NCBI RefSeq assembly: GCF_009914755.1 | Contig: NC_060936.1 | Reading direction: 5' to 3' (one strand) | DNA: 64,000 nt | From: the human T2T-CHM13v2.0 reference genome, Homo sapiens | In this document: in pieces, positions 12,701-35,836 of the stretch | Numbering within the stretch: position 1 is the first letter of the stretch | How the letters are laid out: every line of letters starts with the position of its first letter | Notes under the pieces: model-generated | Databases searched by the model: none | What the model was told of the DNA's origin: nothing | The model's input: only the letters and a program-made list of their open reading frames with translations | Program-made: the position numbers and the translations under genes

Positions 12701-13186
12701 GTACCTAAGTCTTATTACGTGTAATCCACAAGATGTCGTCACAAAATGTAGTATGCTTCTCTTTACATAATAGAAGTATTACTAAAAAGCTGAGAAGTGA
12801 GGTGAAATGATTTATATTTTAAAATTTATAATATGAATTCACTATCTCTAGGAACTCTTTAGTGAATTCTTTTCGTGATAGAAATATCACCTATAAATAT
12901 ATCTATCAACAAATTCAGTGTTAAATTTTACAGTTCTCTTAGTGGCTAGGCTGGTTTAACCATTAAAATGACTTTAGGTTAATCAATTTAACCAGTTTTC
13001 ACCTTTTTGCTTGTCTGATTATACCATTTTTCTCTGAAAGTGTCCCCGTATTTGGGGAATTAAATGTTTTATCCACTGAAAAACTACACCATAAATGAAT
13101 CTATAAACAGACAACTTCTAGGATTTGTTTTATTAAGGTAAGGATTCCTTCAAAATAAGGCATGCTATATCAGTTAGAACACTTAC

Positions 13187-13498
13187 CTTCATTCCTTCTT
13201 CCCAACTAATCCACAGGTCCCCTCGTGTCAGGAAGCAAGCAACTGCATGCCTGGCTAGATGATGAATCCAACCCTCCTGACGAAGCTGTGTCATGATGGC
13301 ATCAATCCATGGAAAGCCTGTCCGGCCTTCCGCCCATTTGGCTAAAGCCTCAGGATTTTTATCCCAAGGAATCTGAACACAGATAGGGTTTCCTTCCATT
13401 TTATCAAAGCGTGGATTATTTGTTGCTGCTGTATAGAAAAATTCACGCCATAACAGTTGCCCATAAAGGGAAAGGGGAGGGGAACTGTTCTTCTTTAC
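13187..13498 (-). CDS. CRY1: CRY1 exon 7 ([22 protein letters not shown]...[29 protein letters not shown])
   Basis: 312 nt, phase 0-0, FAD-pocket motifs; TAG|...|GTAAGT. Confidence 0.98.
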
Positions 13499-13577
13499 CT
13501 ATGGTTAAAAAGCAAAGAAGTATTATCAGAATTTTTTTTTAAAGTATTAAACAATAAGCTCTAATTTTAGAGAATAC

Positions 13578-13718
13578 CTTTTTGTAGAGATCTGTTAGTT
13601 TGAAGTAAAACAGTCGACATGACAAACAACCAAATCGGAGATAAGGACTAAGTCCAGTAGGGCTTGCAAGCAGAGAATTCGCATTCATTCGAGGTCTTTC
13701 AAAATTTGCCACCCAAGC
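13578..13718 (-). CDS. CRY1: CRY1 exon 6 ([33 protein letters not shown]...DLYKK)
   Basis: 141 nt, phase 0-0, [10 protein letters not shown] motif; CAG|...|GTATTC. Confidence 0.98.
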
Positions 13719-13989
13719 CTGAAAACACACAGAGAAAATTATATTAACTAATTGTCTTTTTCATTTTAAAAGAACACTCAGAATGGAGATTTTTTTTTTT
13801 AAAGTTACATAGTTCTTGGGGAATAAAATCTTATCCTAGCCACAAATTACATGTTTTAATAAAAAATAAGACAGGATAAAAAAGTGAGCATTCTTTTGTT
13901 TCAGTCGTCCTTGTGCAGCACATACTCATGTGAAATAAATTTCCTTCAAATTTCCAACAGAAAGCTGAGAGCACCTTCAATCTCTCTCT

Positions 13990-14598
<609 letters not shown>

Positions 14599-14915
14599 TA
14601 ACACAAAGGTAAAGGTGAAATATAATTCTATTCTAGTTTCGAAATTGTGGCCACTAGATACTAGCTTAGGTAGAAAGAACAGAAGAGGTAGTGCGGTAGT
14701 AGCTAAAGGGGAAATAATTAGAAGAGAAGGAGAAAGAGCATTTAAATGAGGAGATGGTAGTTAACTTTCAAACAATTAGGTTTGTGCTATTTTAACCATT
14801 TCTGTTAATCCTCCCCTTTCAACAATCTATTTGTTATTTTTAAAAGAGAGAAAAATTATTTTTTAAATGGCAGTTTGGAAATACAAGCATAGCTATATAA
14901 TCTACATTATCATAC

Positions 14916-15004
14916 TTTTCTTTCCAAATGCCTTTCCAAACGAGTAAGTGCTTCAGTTTCTCCACCTGGCCACACTGCAGAGGATAAGCCATCTGTATCA
15001 AAAC
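14916..15004 (-). CDS. CRY1: CRY1 exon 5 ([30 protein letters not shown])
   Basis: 89 nt, WPGGE motif; TAG|...|GTATGA. Confidence 0.97.
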
Positions 15005-15399
15005 CTACAAGAAAGAAAAGAAAAAAACATCATTCTTCCGAAACTAATTTTTATTTAACCCCAATAACTGGGAGAACAAATTACTTTGCAGAAAAATTAA
15101 GAGAGTACCATAAAAATGAACTGAAGGCCTAAATAAGCCCTCACCTATAGAGGATATGACATGGTTTCAATTTTTCAGGATGTACATCTTAAGGTGGTAA
15201 CAATAGATCACATATTTATAAAACACATAAATGATGAACAAACATATCACTTCTTAAAGGGTTCTTTTTCTTCTCCCCCTGCCCTTTCTTTCTCTCCTAA
15301 TGCAAAATACTTTACATGGCAAAATTAAAAGGGGAATTTTCTGAGTAATTTATGATTTATTAACTTGCAAGCCTCACACTGACTACAGTTTACACTCAC

Positions 15400-15584
15400 C
15401 TAGCTCTTCCAGTGAAGGGACTCCATATTTCTCATCATGGTCATCAGACAGAGGAGTTGTGCACTTTTCTATCACTTCTGAAGTAATTGTCTCTACTGGT
15501 ATCTCTAGTGGTTCCATTTTGCTGATGAGAGTCTGGAATCTTTTATAAGTTAGAGGCGGTTGTCCACCATTGAGTTCTATGATC
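15400..15584 (-). CDS. CRY1: CRY1 exon 4 ([17 protein letters not shown]...[10 protein letters not shown])
   Basis: 185 nt; TAG|...|GTGAGT, frame-consistent. Confidence 0.97.
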
Positions 15585-16307
15585 CTATAACAAGAGTTAG
15601 TAAAATGTAGTTAGTATTAAAAAAGACAATACATTTTGGCTAATAAGCTCCCAAAAGGCTTAAAAAGCAGAAAATAAAATTAATCACTGAAGTCTTTGAG
15701 GGTGTTAGCTTGTTATAATGACCAAGAAATGTGTCCAAAATGATTAATGAGTCCAAAAATCATTCTCCTGAGCTTCTAGACATCCTCTGGGTATCAAATA
15801 TACTACACAAATATACTACACAAATATTAAACCTTTAAGACAAAGAATATTAAAAACTTATGAGAGGAAAAAACAAGTAAGAGGGGAAATTAGTCTAAAG
15901 GCAATTACAAAAAGTTAATACACACAGACATATGAAAAACATGTTATGGCCCAGCTCAAAGAATCTCAATCATCAATAAAAACTAAACCAGGTTGATAAT
16001 TATATGAAAGAGTAATCAGCAGGTCTCATTTAGGAAAAATAAATTTTATTGTATATATTTGAGTTTACAACACATTATGGGATACATGTAGATAGTAAAA
16101 TGGTTACTATAGTGAAGCAGATTAACATATTTATAATCTCAGTTACTTTTTTGTATGTGTGTGACAAAAGCAGCTAAAATCTACTTATTTGATTAAAATT
16201 CCAAATAAAATACAATTTTATTAACTAAAATCCTTACTCTGTACACTAGACCTCTAGTGTTGTTCATCTTACATAACTTCTACTTTGTATCCTTGGACCT
16301 ACATTCC

Positions 16308-16673
16308 TGATATGGTTTGGCTGTGCCCCCACCAAAATCTCATCTTGAGTTGTAACTCCCACAATTCCCACATCATGGGAGGGACCCTGTGGGAGGTAAC
16401 TGAATCATGGGGGCAGGTCTTTCCCGTGCTGTTCTCATGATAGTGAGTAAGTCTCACAAGATCTGATGGTTTTTAAAAGGGGGAGTTACCCTGCACAAGA
16501 TCCCTCCTTGCCTGCTGTCATCCATGTAAGACATGACTTGCTCCTCCTTGCCTTCCACCATGATTGTGAGGCCTTCTGAGCCGTGTGGAATTGTAAGTCC
16601 ATTAAATCTTTCTTTTGTAAATTGCCCAGTCTCGGGTATGTCTTTATCAGCATCGTGAAAACAGACTAAAACA
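16308..16673 (+). mobile_element. THE1-family MaLR solo LTR, inserted in an old minus-strand L1 3' fragment
   Basis: TGATATGGTTTGGCTGTG...GACTAAAACA; 5-bp TSD attcc/attac. Confidence 0.9.
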
Positions 16674-17443
16674 ATTACCCTATTTCCTTCAGCAAATTTT
16701 ATAAATTTTGATTCTATATTACTGTGGTGACAATTACTTCCTATTTTCTATTGTGCTAATGAAGGCATGAGAGATGTCAGCATATGTATCTATGTCACAT
16801 ACTTAGAACACATAAGCCCCCAAATTTCAAGTTATTTAAATTTAAGTATCTTTTTACTTCTGATCATTAATTAACTCAATCAATTATTAATTAAAAAAAT
16901 AACTAGCTTTGCCAATGGTAGTTAAAGATTAAGTTTAGACACTCTTTTGGAATAACTACTCTTTTTCACTATGGCCATTTGCTTAGCATTTGGCCTTAAT
17001 AAAAAATGACAGGTGAAATCCAACTCCATCATTTTATAGATGTGAAAACAGGCCTACCAGGAGAGTTAAGTAAACTAGTCAAGGTCATATAACTGATAAA
17101 CGGCAAATCAAGGTTTTCTTAGTGTATTTTAGTGTATTTTTCATTATACAATACGTAGTGATGTATCAACTACAGATACATACAGAAAGTAATACAGAAA
17201 GCAATCACCATAAAAGATATCCTGTTTAAGTAAATTTTGTTTTGGTGTATTTTGAATTTATTCATAGGGTTGCAATGAATTTTGCTGAATGTAATGATGC
17301 TACAATAATACTACTGAGGACATTGTTAATTACACAACAGTAGCAAAATGAGAATCTTAGGACAAAACATTTTCTATATGTTACATTTTAATATGATAGA
17401 TTACATATAGTAAATATTCACATTCAATCCAATAAACACTTGA

Positions 17444-17740
<297 letters not shown>

Positions 17741-18741
17741 TAAACAATTTTATGCATAACACTGAGTCTCCCACTTAGAAGCAACTGCTTTTATCCTGTG
17801 TTGCCCCCTCCTTGCTATGAGCTCCTTAAAGTTAAGCAAATTGGTGAGCTCGAAGGCAAGATTATTATTAAAAGATATATGAATTCTAGCTTAGTATCAA
17901 GACCTTTGTCTGAATCAAATCATGATTTTTTGATACATTTAAAATGTGAAATCAAATCAACTAGTTTGTCATGTTACAGAATTTGTTTTACTAACTTGAT
18001 AAAATACATAAATTACTAAAAAAGTAAAATGATTTAAAAGGTAAATAAATTATAAGATTTCAGTACTTAAAAGGACAATGGTATGCCAAAAGTTTTAAAA
18101 AGTTAAGTTTTACAGACCTCTAAGACTCATAGCATATAACACTCCCTAAATTTAAGTTTGACCACAGAATTTCTGTGGGACAAAGCATCACCAAGGACTG
18201 GTGCTGGAAGAAATACACTTTGGGAAATATTCTATTATGCCATTGTTCAGAGGACTACAGCTATGCAATGTTATATTACATCCAATTTGCATCTGGATTT
18301 AAAATCCAGACAGACATAATAGATATACATGAAATAAGATAACATTAAACAAGCATACAAAATATGTCAAGGCAATTTATAACTATATATAACTATAAAA
18401 TTGATAATGCTAAGAGCCCAGAAAGGCAAGACCACAGGAGGCTGAGTTAAGAGTAGTCAAGGAAAATTCTGTAATAGTCTTAATCCATAATAGTTTTGAA
18501 ACTGAAATGCTGATACCTGTCATTGGGTCAATAGCAGCTAAATAAAATGCTAAGGATTTGACATATGTTCACTTAATTCTCCCATAACTCTGTGAAGTAC
18601 ATGTTATTTCTACTTTATAAACCTCAGTTAAAAACTTATCTATGTAGTTAATACCACCGAACTATATACTTAAAAATGGTTAAGATGGTAAATATTATGT
18701 TATACGCATTTTCCCACAGTAAAAAAAAAAAAAGGACTCAC

Positions 18742-18884
18742 TTGTCTAGGTCATATAATGTATGTGAAATTCTTACAATGACTTCTACTCCAGCTTCAGT
18801 TGCCAGTTTCTTAATAGCTGCGTCTCGTTCCTTTCCAAAGGGCTCAGAATCATACTCAATTGAAAGTTTAGTAATGTTCCATTC
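18742..18884 (-). CDS. CRY1: CRY1 exon 3 ([47 protein letters not shown])
   Basis: 143 nt; TAG|...|GTGAGT. Confidence 0.97.
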
Positions 18885-19739
18885 CTAAAGTAAGAGAAAG
18901 GGGAACAATGTACACCAATTGTAATAGTTATTTTTTCTATTATAACGAAAAGTGAAAAAGCTGAAAATCTACATATCAAAGGATTATACATAAATCAAAC
19001 TTTGAATATGCAGGAAAAAGTAAACAATTTATCAATTAAAAAATACATAAGTAATGAATGCATAACCCATTAGATTCTAGGCATTATGCTAGGCAACAAT
19101 CTAGCAAAGCAATATGCTTAAAACCAGCTCTTATACTAAATGTGTTTGTAGAGCACTTTACTTTTTCAAATTACTCATACTTACATTATTTCATTTGAGC
19201 CTCAAAACAACACTCAGAGTTTGGCACTTTGGTTAGTATTTCCATTTTGGAGATAAGTTTATTTTTAAAACTTAGGGACCTGCCAGAGTTCACAGAAAGC
19301 CAGACCACCTGAATTTATGTCTGTTGAGTCTAAGAACTGGTCTTTAACTAACCTTTGATATTGATATGGTATAAGCTGCCTGGCTGAGGTCGTGTGTGTG
19401 TGTGTATGTAAATATTTTCTTTCTGATTACTAAAAAACGTTAACTGAAAAATTTGGAGATGGTAATAATAATAGCAGTTACTTATTATCAGGAGCTATGT
19501 TAATAAGTTCTGTACATCTCCTTATACTGATTTTAAATGAGGAAACTGTGACTTAAAGGAATTGATTTTTCTTAAGGAGAAAGTTTTTTTTTTATTCTAA
19601 GTCTATTCTGATTTATCTCATAAAGAAAAAATTCTACCATTATTTAACTGCCTATATGGTAACATACTATAATTCACCAAACACCTCCAGATTAGACAAG
19701 GGCTATTCCAATGGTGGGTTTAAAAAAATTGCTATTCTA

Positions 19740-21462
<1,723 letters not shown>

Positions 21463-22309
21463 GTGCAATTTAGCACTGTTTTTTGAAAAACATTATTTTA
21501 AATCTTAGTAAATACTGAAGTGAGTCAATAAATAACACTTCCTGCCCCTTTTCCTTCTTGAGTTCAGTCACGTAAGCCAGGGGGCTAAAGATAAAAATAT
21601 CAGCCATATTATTAGCAAAGCTGAATTGTAGAAAACATACCAGGTTTCAGGGCAGGTAAACTTGCTAATACTATTTCACTGTTGAATCAAACAGATTTAC
21701 CTACTCAATCATAAGCAGCACCTCCCGCAGTGTGGGCTTTCCCTATAAAACGTATCACATAGAAGAGGAGAATATAACGTGTGCTCTCTACAACTAAAAG
21801 AAAAGGAACCGTCTCAGCTAAACTAGCCCAGCTCCTTCTCCTAAACTCACCAATGAGATCATTCACTTTTCCTTCCCTGGGGATAAATTAGTGAACATCT
21901 CTCCAAAAGAAAAATGAAAATCTAGGGAAGAGAAAGTTTCCCAAAATTAAATGCATTCAGTAATACACTAAGTATTTATTATAATTCTAATTATATGACA
22001 GATATTATGCTAGATGCCCCTCTCCTGGAGCTTATTGAGAAAGAGTGGCAATACAGAGGTAAATTACTGAATACGTAACTATTAGGGAAAAAAATGCTAT
22101 GATAAAGAATACGGGGATGGGGTATGAGGTGGTAAGCTAATAATCCACACTCTGTCTTCCATGACTGCACTGGCTAGACTTCAAGTAATTTGTAAAAGCA
22201 AATATCCTTGTTTTTTCCTATCTTGGGTAGAAAGCATTCAGTGTTTCACCTTTAAGTAAGATTTTATGTTTTTTTGTAGACTTCCTTTATCAAATTGCTA
22301 TTTAGCACT

Positions 22310-22671
22310 TGATATGGTTTGGCTGTGTCCCCACCCAAATCTCATTTTGAATTGCAGCTCCCATAATCCCCACATGTCATGGGAGGGACCCAGTGGGAGG
22401 TAACTGAATCATGGGGGTGGGTTTCGCCCGTGCTGTTCTCATGATAGTGAATAAGTCTCACAAGGTCTGATGGTTTTTTTAAAGGGCAGTTCCCCTACCC
22501 ATGCTCTCTTGCCAGCTGCCATGTAACATGTGCCTTTGCTCCTCCATCTTCCACTAGGATTGTGAGGCCTCCCCAGTCACGTGAAACTGTGAGTCAATTA
22601 CATCTCTTTCCTTTATAAATTACCCAGTCTCAGGTATGTCTTTATTTGCAGTGTGAGAACAAACTAATATA
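22310..22671 (+). mobile_element. THE1D-like MaLR solo LTR
   Basis: TGATATGGTTTGG start; perfect TSD gcact (22305-22309, 22672-22676). Confidence 0.9.
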
Positions 22672-22897
22672 GCACTTTAAAGAATTTCTAGTTAGCTAAA
22701 AGACCTTTTTAAAAAGTATACACGGGTGTTGAATTATGTCAGATGCGTTCTCTTCATTTGTTAAGATAATTTCTCTTTTCCTTTATCCTATTAACCCAGT
22801 AGGTTATATTAATTGATTTTTTTAATGCTCAACCAACTTTGTATTCATGAGATAAACCCCACTTGATCCTGAAGTAGCAGTATTTTAAAATATTGCA

Positions 22898-23196
22898 GGC
22901 TGGGCACGGTGGCTCACACCAGTGAGCTCTTTGGGAGGCTGAGGCAGGCGGATAGCCTGAGCTCAGGAGTTTGAGACCACTCTGGGCAACATGGTGAAAC
23001 CCCGTCTCCAATAAAGATACAACAATTAGCCAGACGTGGTGGTGGGTGCCTGTAATTCCAGCTACTCAGGAGGCTGAGGCAGGAGAATTGCTTGAACCCG
23101 GGAGGTAGACGTTGCAGTGAGCCAAGGTTGTACCACTGCACTCCAGCCTGGGCGACAGAGCAAGACTCCATCTCAGAAAAAACAAAAAAACAAAAA

Positions 23197-23250
<54 letters not shown>

Positions 23251-23402
23251 CTCTATATCTCCAGGTTCACGGTCCGGTACGGTGGCTCATACCTGTAATT
23301 CCAGCACTTTGGGAAGTCAACATGGGAGGATGGCTTGAGCACAGGAGTTCGAGCTCAGCCTAGGTAAATATAATGAGACCACATAGTGTCTTTACAAAAA
23401 AA
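22898..23402 (+). mobile_element. AluS with (TA)23 tail (23201-23246) followed by a FLAM
   Basis: Alu dimer, pure TA run, then a left-arm monomer. Confidence 0.88.
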
Positions 23403-24033
23403 ACTTTTTTTAAATAAAAAATATTGCTAGATTCAATTTAGTGATTTCTGAGTCTTTGTTTATGGGGGACACTTGGCTATACTTTTAATTTTTTCTCAAA
23501 CTTTCCTTGTCAGGTTGTGGTATCAGGGTTATGCTGTCCTCATAAAATGAGTTGGGAAGTAATCTCAATCTTGTTTTCTGAAAGAGTTTAATTTAAGAAG
23601 GAAATACTTCCTTCTTAAATGTGTGATATAACTCAAAATAAAGCCATCTAAGGGCTTGAAGTTTGTTTATGGGAAGGTTTTTAATTACAAATTCAATTTA
23701 TTTAAGAGATATAGGGCTATTCAGGTTTTCTTTTTCTTCTTATGAGAGTTCTAGTAAATTATACCTTTCAAGAAATTTTTTCATCTCAGATATATAATTT
23801 ATTGACAGTATAGTGTTTACGATATTCTTTACTATGCTTTTAAAGTCTGGAGAATCTCTAGTGATGTCCTCTTTCTTATTCCTGATATAGGTAACTTGTA
23901 TTTTCTTTCTTTTTTGTCCGAATCAGTATTAAGAGTTTATCAATTTTATTAATGTTTTCAAAGAACCCGTTTTTGGCTTTGTTGACTAACAGGAGACAAA
24001 AATCACATCAGCAATTTGAACATGAAAAATTTA

Positions 24034-27229
<3,196 letters not shown>

Positions 27230-27299
27230 TATCAAAAATTGTAATTGTTAGCTACTAAAGGTGGTCAACAATGACAAGGAATAAAACAGGAGATAAGGC

Positions 27300-27620
27300 T
27301 ACACTTCAGTATGGTAGGTAGTAGCCACTAGGCCACGTGTGGCTTCTGAGCACTGAAATGTGACTAGCTGGCACTGAGATCAGCTGGAAGTATAAAATAC
27401 ATACAAGATTTCAAGAACTTCATATTTTTTTAAAACTCCGTTTAAAATAAGCTATTTTAAAAGATAAAATAGCTTATTAATACTTTTATATAGAATATTT
27501 TAGATATACTGTGTTGAATAAATCATTAAAATTAATTTCACCTGTTTGTTTTTACTTTTTTAATGTGGCTATTAGAAAATTTTAAATTTAACATGACTTC
27601 TATTGGATGGTACTGCTCTA
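27300..27620. mobile_element. MER33/MER3-like hAT-Charlie MITE
   Basis: gtagccactaggccacgtgtggc...atgtggctattagaaaattttaaatt...tctattggatggtactgctcta motifs. Confidence 0.7.
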
Positions 27621-28379
27621 AGGTGTTCAAAAGTACCAATTGCAGAAAGCAGCTGCCACCTCTATGTGGACGGAAAATAAACAAGGAATGAATAAAAAAC
27701 TTAACAAAAGCTCCCTCCACCAAGCCACTGAGATTCATGGCTCATTGGATGGAGCGTGCTGCCACAGGAACACACAACCTTCCCTGTAAAGAAATTTACC
27801 GGAGGGCAATGACCAAAGGTGTTTCATACCAATAACCTGCTGGTTGGCTGAGAAACTTCCTGGTAGGTATGGGCTAACCAGGTTATCTGTAGAAGCTGTC
27901 CACCAGGTGGCATAGAAACTTATCAGAGGGTATAAATAGGCTTACACAGAAATTCACCAGAGGGTGTATGTAGGCTGTGGCTGGTTCAGGAGGGCTGCTG
28001 AGGTGAATGCTACTGATCCTCCGGCATACTCATCTGCTAGCCCAGGGAAAAAAAGCACAAGTATATCAAGAAGAAAAGCTTCTTCTCTCCTGCTGTGACA
28101 CAGTATCACACAGTAGGGCAAGAAGGGTGGGTTTGGCACTAAGAAATAATAAACTAATTAATGCATACTGATTTTCTTTATTGTTTTCTATTTCATTGAT
28201 TCCCGTTCCTCTTTATTTTTTGTTTTCTTTCTACTAACTATTAGTTTAATGTGTTCTTTTTCTATCTTTAAGGTAGAAACTTAGTTCTTGATTTTTCCTT
28301 TTCTAATACAATATTGAAAGCTATAATATTAAGTTTCCTCTAAGCACTGCTTTAGCTGCATTCTGTAAATTTTGATATA

Positions 28380-28495
28380 CAGTCCTCCCTTGGTATCTGC
28401 AGGAAATTGGTTCCAGGACCCCCTGTGGATACCAAAATTCACAAATGCTCAAGTCCCTTATGTAGAATGGTGTAGCATTAGGATATAACCTGGGT
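28380..28495 (+). mobile_element. MER2 (Tigger2-derived) 5' fragment
   Basis: TA|CAGTCCTCCCTTGGTATCTGC...GATACCAAAATTCAC...GCTCAAGTCCCTTAT. Confidence 0.75.
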
Positions 28496-28519
28496 GTATC
28501 TATATATATATATTTTGTG

Positions 28520-30030
<1,511 letters not shown>

Positions 30031-30289
30031 TCATAATTAATATACTGTGAAAATAAGCAATGTAAAATTTGATAGTAAAACTAAAAGTTGTAAATCACAT
30101 ATGTCCTAGGAGAAAGCATTTATTTTTTAAATTGACAGTAAATTAAACAGTATAATTGCATAAAAATGTAAAGCTACCTCACAAAATAATCCAAATACAA
30201 AGAAGGTAAAACTCTAAAAATTTCCATCCATCCATCCATCATCCTTTCCTTCTGTTTCATAACTCTAGTCTTAGGGTCTAAACTACTAT

Positions 30290-31745
30290 TTATATACTGA
30301 AGAGTCCTAAATTTAGTCCAGACTTCTCCCTGAGCACTAGACTTGAATGCCTTCTCAACATGTACATTAACATGCCTAAAAGGCATCCCAAACTAAAAAT
30401 TTATAAAATGAACTTCTTATTTTTTCCTTAAACTTGTTCCTCCATAGTCTGTTATTCCATTAAATGGGAATCCATTCTGCCATGCGTCCAGGCTAAAAAC
30501 CTAGAGTCATCCTTGACTCTCATATATCACATATAGGCAAACCTTACAGCCTCTATTTAAAATATATATCCAAAACCCTACCACTTCTCAACACCTCTAC
30601 AGCTACCCTGGTCCTGGTCATCATCATCTTATTCCTAAATAACTGCCATTGCCTCCTAACTGATCTTTCTGCTTCTGCCTCTACAACACTTCCAATCCCC
30701 TGTGTATTCTCCACAAACAGCCAGAGAAATTCTTGTAAATCATGAGTTAAATCATGTCACTCTTCTACTCAAAACTCTCCAATGGCATCTATTTCACTCC
30801 GAGTAAAGGCTGAAGCTCCTAACATGATCTATAAAGCCCTATGATCTGGCTTCCAGCCACCTCTCCGACGCCATTTCTTCTTTTCACTCACTGTGCTCTA
30901 GCACACTGGCCTTGTTGTTGTTCCCTAAACAAATCATGCACATGTCTACTTCAAGGCCTTTGTTAAGCACTGTTTCCTCTGCCTTCCATGCTCCTTCCCC
31001 ATGTTGCAGTTAGCTTAGTGGAATTGTTAATTCTCAAAATTCTGTCAGGTATCTGGATGGTTCTTTTATTGGTTTCACTCGGATCTGCTCATGAGGCTGC
31101 AATTCGCTGGCAGCTTGGCTGGGGCTGGAGTGCCTAAGATAGTCAAACTCACACATCTCAGACTTTGGTGTTGGCTGTTGTTTGGTCCACTCTCTATATG
31201 TGGCCTCCCAAAGTTAGATATTCTACCCCAGGCTTTCTTACATGATAGAAGGAGCATCCTAAGAGGGGAAAAGTAGAAGCTGAAAGGTCGCTTAAGGCCT
31301 AGGATTTGGAATTCACAATGTCTTCTTTGACACTTGGTTAAAAACAAGTTGTAAGGGCAAGTCAGATTCAATGGGGTAAGGAAATAAACTCTACCTTTTG
31401 ACGGAAAGAGCTGCAAAATATTGTGGATATGATATACCACAACCCAGATGCATGGCTCACTCTTCATATGCTTGCTCAAATGTCACCTTATCAGTGAGGC
31501 CTTCTTTGATTCCATATAAAGTAACTTTCCCTCACCTTGACATTTACTATCCCACATTTTACTCTTCTCTACAGCACATATCACCACCTGACATTGCATG
31601 TTTACTTATTTGTTTACTATCTGTCTCCTTCCACTACAGTGTAAGCACCATGAAGACAGAAATTTTTTGTTTCACTACTGTATCTCCAGTACCTCAGACA
31701 CAGCCTTGTATATAGCAGGCACTCAATCAGTATCTGTTGAATACA
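30290..31745 (+). mobile_element. L2 3' region interrupted by an old MLT1 LTR fragment (~31005-31440, opposite strand)
   Basis: L2 motifs (gtcatccttgactc, aatgtcaccttatcagtgaggcc, gcactcaatcagtatctgttgaat). Confidence 0.7.
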
Positions 31746-31932
31746 TTCTATCAAGCATGTGTCATGAATTAACAAAGCAAGATCCAAAGTAACTTAAAAA
31801 AGCATAATATAAATTTTACTGTTGAAAAATGGTGGCTTTATATGTTCTTTTATTCTGTGATTTTGAACAAAACATTTTATAATGCTTCAGTGTGGCCATC
31901 TATAGACTTTAGCCATGTGTCACTGTTTCTTA

Positions 31933-34945
<3,013 letters not shown>

Positions 34946-35326
34946 GCACTACAAATTCTGTATTATTGGTAAAATGTCCATTGTTACAATCCTTTGACCC
35001 AGAAAGTCTTCTAAGAATTATCCCACAAATGTACTGGCCCATGTGAGCAAAGATTCATAAATGTGGACAAGTAAGTTCACTGGCATTTATACTAGCAAAA
35101 GGCCTACAGAGAAAATAATTAAACGTTCAGTAGAAAGCTAGTTTAAAAAATTATAGCCATCTACAAAATGGAATACTATGAAGTCATCTGAAAGACCGAG
35201 GAAATGATATGGAACAACTTCCAAAAGATATGGTTATGTGAACAAAGCATGGCAGAGAATGGTGTGTATAGTGTGTCATTTTAACTTTTAACAAAGGGGA
35301 CAGTAACACAGACACAAACACATGGA

Positions 35327-35394
35327 TGTGTGTGTGTGTATACACATATATATATACACACACACACACAAAAATATATATATATACACACACA
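35327..35394. repeat. Compound (TG)n/(TA)n/(CA)n microsatellite
   Basis: Alternating purine-pyrimidine tract with self-complementary TG and CA arms. Confidence 0.9.
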
Positions 35395-35727
35395 AAAAAT
35401 TCTTGTTTATGCAAAGAATATTTCTAATTGGATAAACAAGAAACTGGAATTGGATACATAAGAAACTGGTAGTAGCTGTTGCTTCTGGGAGGGCAACGAG
35501 CAGTTTAAGGTAGAAGAAAGATTGAACTTTTCATTGTAAACTATTTTCTCACTGTCTGATTTTTACCATGTATAGCTTTTTCATTAAATAAAGAAAAAAA
35601 ACCCACAAAATTTTTACTTGAAAATACTTATATTCGCTACATTTTCAATTAGTCAAAAAACTTTATTTACCAAATATGTAATATTATCTGAGAAAAGATT
35701 GTTTTATGCAAATATTTTTCAAATTAC

Positions 35728-35836
35728 CTTGAAAAGCCTGGGAAACACATCTGCTGGTTGTCCACGAATCACAAACAGACGGGAGTTTAATTTTCGTAGA
35801 TTGGCATCAAGATCCTCAAGACACTGAAGCAAAAAT
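35728..35836 (-). CDS. CRY1: CRY1 exon 2 ([36 protein letters not shown])
   Basis: 109 nt; TTTCTTCTCTCTAG| acceptor and AAG|GTAATT donor. Not in the ORF track; found by manual translation. Confidence 0.97.

Noticed and set aside
15797-15827. Short tandem duplications (13 bp here; 14 bp at ~20318-20345; 10 bp at ~17119-17140)
   Set aside because: Ordinary replication-slippage duplications with no functional context.
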